Part shown: piece after piece, positions 19,553 to 25,655 of the stretch | How the letters are laid out: every line of letters starts with the position of its first letter | Position numbering within the stretch: the stretch's first letter is position 1 | Source of the DNA: Vitrella brassicaformis CCMP3155 | Taxonomy: Eukaryota; Protista; Chromerida | Assembly (NCBI GenBank): GCA_001179505.1 | Contig: CDMY01000739.1 | Location: forward strand, 1-25,655 | Direction of reading: 5' to 3' | Length of the DNA stretch: 25,655 nucleotides | The notes under the pieces: model-generated | Told to the model about the DNA's origin: nothing | What the model saw: the letters and a program-made list of their open reading frames with translations, nothing else | The model's database searches: none | Translations under genes and position numbers: made by a program

Positions 19553-22500
19553 TCAGCCTTCGTCGGCGCAAAGCTGGTAGTGCCGAGCCCTTGAGTGTCC
19601 GCCAGTGCTCCCTATATAAGGCAGGATACCAACGCCAGTAGAATCCCTCCGCTCGCCATCAAGGTCCAAGGGGCGGTGGAACGTTCGCAAGCTCTCTTCA
19701 GTTCCTCGCATAGCGTAGCCTCCACTGATAAGCTGCGATCTGGCCATCTGACATGACAAACTCAAGCTCTTCTTCTTGCTCCTGCCGTCCTGGGTCGCCC
19801 TTTCAGATGGATCGGGCATGGGCAGGTCGAAGTCCCGGTCCTTCTGTTTTCTCTTCGACTGGGTGCGATTGCTCGGCGTGCAAACTACATTGTAGTAGTC
19901 ATGGTCGACCTGTCGCGTCTTCCAAGGTCGCATACTGCTGCCCATCAGACAAGCACCAGAGGTGAATGGCTGATGCAACTCTTGGTTCCAGGGCCATTGG
20001 GTCTTTTGCTGATACGAAAGCGCCGCGCTGGACGTATCCATTGCCACAGGTTTTGTCGCAACATGAGAATTGATTGGATACTCGCCGCCTCGAGATGCAA
20101 GAGACATCCTGGAAGGAACAAATGTGTAGACAAGAGCAGCGTGAAGGACAAACCCCATCCTCGTACTCCTTTTCACCTGTCAAGTCGAATTGTAAACCCT
20201 CCACCGATCCCCCCGTCTATTTCTTGCCCCCTGCAGGGACTTTCTACCCTTACGTAATGCGGAGGGGGAGGTGACGCCGCGCCGTGAGCGGCGGGAGGAA
20301 CATGACGGTTGTTGGCAATGCGACGAGGAGGCGTTTCGCCTGGGGAGCGATAGGACGGATTCTTGCGAGTACTGGAGCGCCGCTGGTCATACGACGACGG
20401 AGCCACAGCCTCCATACGCTGTTTATGTGCAAAAACAGTAGATACCGTTTATGACGCCACTGTCGTCTCTGGCCTACGTTGCCGTTGGCGTTAGCGGGGA
20501 GGTGGTCCTCCCTTCCATTCCTCAGATGCGGACGTCGACGGTTGCTACTTCCTCCTCCTGGTCCCGCTGACGGGGGACTTGGGCTTCTGAAAGCCAGACG
20601 CAGGCGAAAACCCGAAAGACGTCTTCGTGTCTCATGCGCTCCTGAGTTCCTGCTCGCCTTTGTTCAGGTGTTGGTGGGACATGGCAATGCGCACCACGAT
20701 TAAGGACAGTCGGTGAGCGCTGGTGGTAGCCGTGTGTGGGAGTCGCATGTAGGCTTTCAAAGCTGGGTCCGAGTGGCGGTTGGGCTGGGGACTGGCACAG
20801 TGTTTGGGACAGCACGGGCGACACCCTTGGAGGGCTTGCGCGGAAGGCGCCACAACCGCCAGATTGATGTGGCTATATGCGATAGGCAAGGCCTTGACAG
20901 TCGAATGTACAGTTGTGTCCTTGTGTGTGAAGAACCAACCTGTCTGGTCCCGGTCGTGGCCTTGGCCGATGCTGCGGACACCGTGCGACTTCGCGATTCT
21001 GAAAGGCGACAAATTACAACTTGGCAGAAGTGAGGGCCAGTCATTGTCCTGCACCATCCAAAAGGCTGTCACACATGACAGATTTGAACCAGGGATCTTT
21101 GAGAGCCTGCTGAGCTGCACAAGATCTTACATTCAGGCAAAGAAAGTGAGAGTGCATCCGCGGTCGCTTCCTCACCAGGGAGTCTCTGCGAGGGGTCCAT
21201 GGCAAGCATCCGCTTCATAAATGATAGGGCCTCAGCAGACGCTTTACCGCGATACCTTACACCAAAGCACCGACAGGCAAGTGACACTGCACTGGTTTTC
21301 TGGTCACAGTGCAACCCTCGCATACAGCGAACCGGCCACACCTCTTCTCAAGGGTCTCTGGGCCGCCAAGATCGGGAAACTGCATCCCAAAGAATCTTGG
21401 GTTTCGCTTGAAGCGGTCTTGCTGTGCCGGAGTCAGCGTCCCCATAACCTGAAAGAAAATGTGACTCAGTTCATGTCGCATTTGCAGATGTCTATACCTT
21501 TTGTATGATGAAAAGCTGATCCATCTCAGATTCACCCGGGAAGAGAGGGTTACCATCTATCAGTTCTCCCGTGATGCAACCTGAAATGGCATCAGTGGAA
21601 AACCGACCATGGTCGCCGACGTGTCCCCTCTTATTCTTCGCCTACCCACCGATGGCCCACAGATCGACCTCCTTTCCGTAGGTGGTGTCACCCAGCAAGA
21701 GCTCCGGGGCGCGGTACCTGGACAAAAGACGACTCATGGTGATTCTTTTCAGATACCGAAGAGGCCTACTGACCATCTTGTAGCGACATAGTCGGTCAGT
21801 GGTCCTGGCTTGAGGGGCATCTGACGAGCGAAACCGAAGTCGCAGAGCTTCAGCGTCAATGTGGAGCTACAAAGCAGTCAAAACGACAGAAGCACAAATG
21901 GGCACGCACTTGAGCGTATTCTGAGCCTACGGGTCGACGAGCAGGTTTTCGGGCTTGATATCGCGGTGAATGGTGTTGTGCTGATGGCAATATGCGATGG
22001 CATTGAGTAGCTGCCAAATGCAGTACTTCACCTTCTCCAGCTACATCAAACACAGCACACTCCGCTGGCTGCCTTCACTTCCCTCTTACCTCAAGCCCCT
22101 CCGGGTGCATTTCTAGGAACTCCAGCAGGTTCTTCTCGACGTACTCAAAGACAAGATAGAGTTTTCCCTTCCTTGAAGGGAGAGAGACGTAGAAGACCAT
22201 CTGTAGTGCCAGAATCCTTTTACCGCCAACCTGCGGAAAGCTTCCTTTAGCTCAACGATGTTCTCCTGCCGAAGCATCCGGAGAATCTTGACCTCGCGAA
22301 TCGTTGTCTTCTTCACCACATCGTCCTCTGCACAACATGGACACCTTTCAACCCCTTACACAAACAATATCATCACCACCTTCGCTCTCCTTGAACTTTT
22401 TAATTGCCACGACCTCTTGCGTTTCCTGCACACATGTCGCCACGTCGAGAAGGCCACACACTTATCAAACTTAGCGAAAGCCATTACCTTGTTTCGGCAT

Positions 22501-22559
22501 CGCAACACAACCCCATATGCCCCCTCACCAACAACTCCCAATACTTCATACTTATTCAT
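19553..22559 (-). CDS. CDKL5: CDKL5/LF5-like cyclin-dependent kinase-like protein, multi-exon; kinase domain ~22559-21090, 3' end uncertain
   Basis: [39 protein letters not shown]…[43 protein letters not shown]…[10 protein letters not shown]…[10 protein letters not shown]…[18 protein letters not shown]…ESEMDQL…RNPRF.G..FP…DPWF. TDY activation motif; the kinase exons splice in frame. Confidence 0.92.
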
Positions 22560-22728
22560 CACCCCGAGGAGATTGGGGAAGGGGGCTCCCTTGGGGCGCA
22601 ACACATGTGTGTTAAACTGCCGTCCCTAAACACAATACACTTTCTCAGGCCCGGTTGCAATATCCATAAGAAGAAGGGGTCAACCAACCAACACGATACC
22701 ACAAAACCTGGTGCTCCTCGAGAAGAAA
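22560..22728. promoter_or_regulatory. Putative bidirectional promoter/5'UTR interval (169 bp)
   Basis: Lies between divergent ATGs at 22559 (-) and 22729 (+). No specific motif identified. Confidence 0.45.
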
Positions 22729-22899
22729 ATGAAGCGGGCGGGTGAGGACTTCGGGGGCTTCCCGTCGGAGGAGACCATGACTGAACTGGAAAACAGTGAG
22801 CAGATCTAGCCCTGCGCCATCTCGAATCTGCATATGCCTTTTCTGTGTTGTGCCTCGCCTGTGTCTGTCAGTCCAGAAGGAGCTGTTCAAGCTGGTAGG

Positions 22900-24219
22900 T
22901 GTCAGACAGCCATCAGCCAGGCCCCATTTCATGACTTTATTGCTGCCCTGCTCAGCTATGCTGGTCATCGCACTCTCATTTCCAATGCGGGCCCCATTAG
23001 TGACGCTGTTTTGCGTGATCTTCATGTCGGCCTCACCAAGGCATACTACTCTGACACACTGGTCGCACGATGGGATTCGTCTATTCGCGCTAATCATGCC
23101 GTCTTGCGTGAAGCGCCATCTCTTCCTCCACCCCTCTCCCTTGCTCCACTGCCTCTGTGTCTGTTGCCGTGGCGGGGTTACACTAGGGCTACTGCTCGCA
23201 GTCGTGTTCTCTTCCTTGCACGACAATGCCTTTTCACTGCCTCAGCCTTCTTCAATCATCACTTCCCTCACACATTCCCGGTGGTTCGCCGGGTTTTTGC
23301 CTCTCGTAATCAGCGTTGCTCCCTTGATCGAAATTGTCTTGTCTATCTGCCTACATATGTGCCTGCATTCCTTCGTAATTTCATTCTTGAATCTGGTCAG
23401 GATTGGCTTCATCGTCTTATCCACCCCCTGTCCACCTTCCCGTGTTATTTTTCTCTACCCTCTGCTGAGCGCCGTGTGTTGTTTTCATTCCGCACCGGCA
23501 CCTATACTTGTGCTGTCACAGATGGCCGGCTGACTCATCGGCCTCGTCTTCTACGCTTCTGCCCATTCTGCGCTGCTACTTGTCCTCCCTCCAGCTGGCC
23601 CATGCCGGGGCTTGTGCCACCTGTTGAGGATGAGCTGCATGTGCTTTTCTATTGCCCGCTCTATAGCTCTCCACGTAGGGAGGTCTTCCGTGTTGTTCGC
23701 ATGTATGGTCTGACTGCACCGGATGGTGTGGTGTATTTTTGGTGGGATCTTGCTCATTGTGATGCCCTGGTGTTCGCATGGTCATTGCTTACTTCGCGCT
23801 CTCTCCCTGTGCAACGTGCGTTGGCTCAGTTTCTTCTGATGGCCGTGGCTTCTCGCAAGCGATGGCTTTCTTTGCACCCATCAGCTTAGTTTCCTTGATA
23901 TGACAAACGCTTTTATGGACAGAGCATCTGCCCTCAGGGGCCGGGACCTCGGTGTCCGTTAACGAACGAACGAACGAACGAACGAACGATGACTGCCAGT
24001 GATCGTGCGAGCTTGGACTCGGGACTTGGTTGTGATGCGCATTCATATCCTTTCGGGTCGAGTATAAGCTTGGACTCGGGACTTGGTTGTGATGCGCATT
24101 CATATCCTTTCGGGTCGATATAGAGTAGGATATGAATGCGCATCACAACCAAGCCCGAGTCCAAGCTCGCACGATCACTGGCAGTCACGAAATGGGGCCT
24201 GGCTGATGGCTGTCTGACA
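22900..24219. mobile_element. Foldback MITE (262 bp when empty), TGT...ACA termini, ~93-bp TIRs, 5-bp TSD GTAGG; interrupted by a LINE
   Basis: TSD GTAGG at 22895-22899 and 24220-24224. Left arm 22900-22936 plus 23995-24051 is the reverse complement of 24127-24219 (1 substitution, 1 indel). Internal 52-bp duplication at 24010-24061 and 24067-24118. Confidence 0.88.
22937..23988 (+). mobile_element. 5'-truncated LINE (RTEX/L2-like C-terminal CCHC region) with (AACG)n tail and 6-bp TSD ATGACT
   Basis: RRVLFSFRTGT…GRLTHRPRLLRFCPFC…VEDELHVLFYCPLYSSPR; stop at 23889; (AACG)7 tail at 23961-23988; ATGACT at 22931-22936 and 23989-23994. Confidence 0.9.
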
Positions 24220-24559
24220 GTAGGAACGACCGACACTCAGAGGATCACATGCATCTGATGGTTCGTGCCCTCCTCCAGGACGACGAGTGTGCCAAGGAGC
24301 AGATGGAAGTCCAGAAGAAATACGGTACGGTACGTGCACGACCCTCCGCTTTAGCCAATCCACGTGTGTCTTGGTATGGTTGCGTACACACCCCCCTGTC
24401 AGACAAACAGAAGAAGCCTGCAGTCGCGGTTTATCACCTCAATCACTTGCCCTGAATGAATGCCTCAGGGCAGGTACAGAGAAGCGATGCATGCAGACAT
24501 ATGACATTGAGCTCCTGTGTGTACCGAGGCACAGGCTTCATGTAGGCAAACGTGAGCGC

Positions 24560-24830
24560 CCATCATGAGCAAGGTTGTCTTGGTCGTCGTCTTTGCCATC
24601 GAGTGTCGCGCCCACTGATTATTCGCAGCAGATCCCTTACATATCGCCCCGCCAGTTTGAAGGTCTTTCGTCGTCCAGGACCAGCGTGAAGAGTGTGTCG
24701 ATGTACTCGGCGACATACAAACGGTCCCCGAGCCCCCTCTCACCAAGCGAGCGTCAGCAAAGCGTGGGTCCAGCGCAAATGTGTTTGCTTTGTACAGATC
24801 AGTTGTGAGTTACTGTTCATAGGGACAGAA
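24560..24830 (-). pseudogene. Possible degenerate DNA-transposase remnant
   Basis: LYKANTFALDPRF resembles the hAT-type A..LDPRF motif. Neighbouring frames are broken. Confidence 0.25.
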
Positions 24831-25232
24831 CTTTAAGAGATGTCGGCGCTCCTCTCGCTTTGCTTGTGTCGCACCAGCAGCGGTGGGACATTGGCGGTGT
24901 AGCATGTACCTCTCTCGAAAACTGGAGAGATTTTGAACATTCATTATGGCGCCTTTCATATTGTTCTTGAACTTCTTTTTTTCCCCTTTATTGTCGCCTG
25001 TCCCCCCATCCCTGTCTGTCTGTCCCCCTGCATGCCTCTCTTTATGCCTCACGTTCTATCGCCTATCACGCTCTATGTCTCCTTCCTTTCTCTGGTGTCG
25101 CCACGCAAGTGGAGAGTCTTTTCAACAGTTACCACGCTCATGTAAGGATACAAACCTTTCTGTACGCAATGAACGAGAGTGCTCCGGTCCTTCTGCTTGC
25201 CCGAAAGCGACGTTTTTCGCCAACTTTCCAAC

Positions 25233-25350
25233 GGAAGGCTGGCTTTCCGCCTGGAAAGCTGGCCTTCTGCACTGCAAAGCTGGCATTCCGTGGCGCTGGC
25301 TGGCTTTCTGAGTGTCTGTCCAGCTTTCTGAATGGAGGGCAGCTTTTGGC
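25233..25350 (+). repeat. A(A/G)GCTGGC(T/C/A)TT(C/T) array with ~20-bp spacing, resembling a transposon subterminal repeat
   Basis: Units near 25235, 25255, 25277 and 25297, then CAGCTTT units; core similar to the ACAGCTTTCT arms at 358-6750. Confidence 0.55.
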
Positions 25351-25655
25351 CGGGTAGTGGAGATCTGCAGATCTAGAGTCATACATGTATGACGCAGTTA
25401 AGTAGATACATGAACGGGCGACGAAGTTCGTCTAAGCATCAGTTCGCATCAAGCAAGCCGAGGGGAACAATACATGCAAAGACACTGGACAACGCTCGTT
25501 GACTGTAAAGAAATGCATGTCGCACGCTGCTAACAAGCGCGAGACACGCAACACGAGATACACATTCGCAAAATCCAGATGCAGCCAGCCACCTCACAGC
25601 CCCGGAGCGGGGCTGGTGTGTGGCCTGTATGGCCCGCGGCTGACGAAGTCCTCGG

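Larger units (their letters stand above)
22729..24455 (+). pseudogene. Nucleosome assembly protein (NAP/SET family, apicomplexan NAP-S-like), N-terminal exons; appears truncated
   Basis: Exons 22729-22795, 22872-22894, 24279-24324 and 24403- give MKRAGEDFGGFPSEETMTELENI/QKELFKL/DDECAKEQMEVQKKY/DKQKKP, like the NAP-S pattern IQK..E.LD..CA.EQM.IQ..YD.KKKP. Similarity ends at ~24420 and a stop follows at 24453-24455. Confidence 0.75.

Noticed and set aside
21925-21935. Apparent in-frame TAG in the CDKL kinase (…ENLLVDP*AQNTLK), suggesting a pseudogene or a reassigned stop codon
   Set aside because: The TAG is part of an intron donor (CC|GTAGGC…TTTGTAG|C). Splicing gives [17 protein letters not shown] with no stop.
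22834-23889. 351-aa ORF as a standalone gene
   Set aside because: It is a chimera of NAP intron/exon, MITE arm and LINE 3' end.
24010-24118. Two 52-bp direct repeats with a short spacer, CRISPR-like or structured-RNA-like
   Set aside because: Explained as an internal duplication of the MITE arm; the spacer is only 5 bp.
25596-25614. GC hairpin CAGCCCC-GGAGC-GGGGCTG as a Helitron 3' end or terminator
   Set aside because: No CTRR terminus at the expected distance, and short GC stems are common at this base composition.

Overview
Intron-rich, GC-rich eukaryotic DNA, not prokaryotic. The apicomplexan-type nucleosome assembly protein, the MerC-domain gene and the short GT-AG introns suggest an alveolate, possibly a chromerid such as Vitrella; this is inference. 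Bases 1-10,300 are mostly nested transposon debris. They include a Ty1/Copia 3' remnant with PPT and LTR (duplicated across an N-gap), a 3.2-kb CACTA/CMC element with CACTACAAG termini, and an outer ~200-bp inverted-repeat pair enclosing both. A CRE-type LINE endonuclease fragment and a Helitron helicase remnant follow, the latter inside an intron of a broken GH97 glycosidase gene. The middle holds minus-strand spliced genes: a MerC-domain His-rich membrane protein (one frameshift), an unknown gene, and an apparently intact secreted arylsulfotransferase with an Ig-like domain. A CRE RT fragment follows. The right part holds a multi-exon CDKL5/LF5-like kinase head-to-head with an apicomplexan-type NAP gene. 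Intron 2 of the NAP gene contains a fully reconstructable nested insertion: a 262-bp foldback MITE (TGT...ACA, ~93-bp TIRs, TSD GTAGG, which is the splice donor) interrupted by a 5'-truncated LINE (TSD ATGACT, (AACG)n tail). All family assignments come from motif recognition by eye; no database searches were run.
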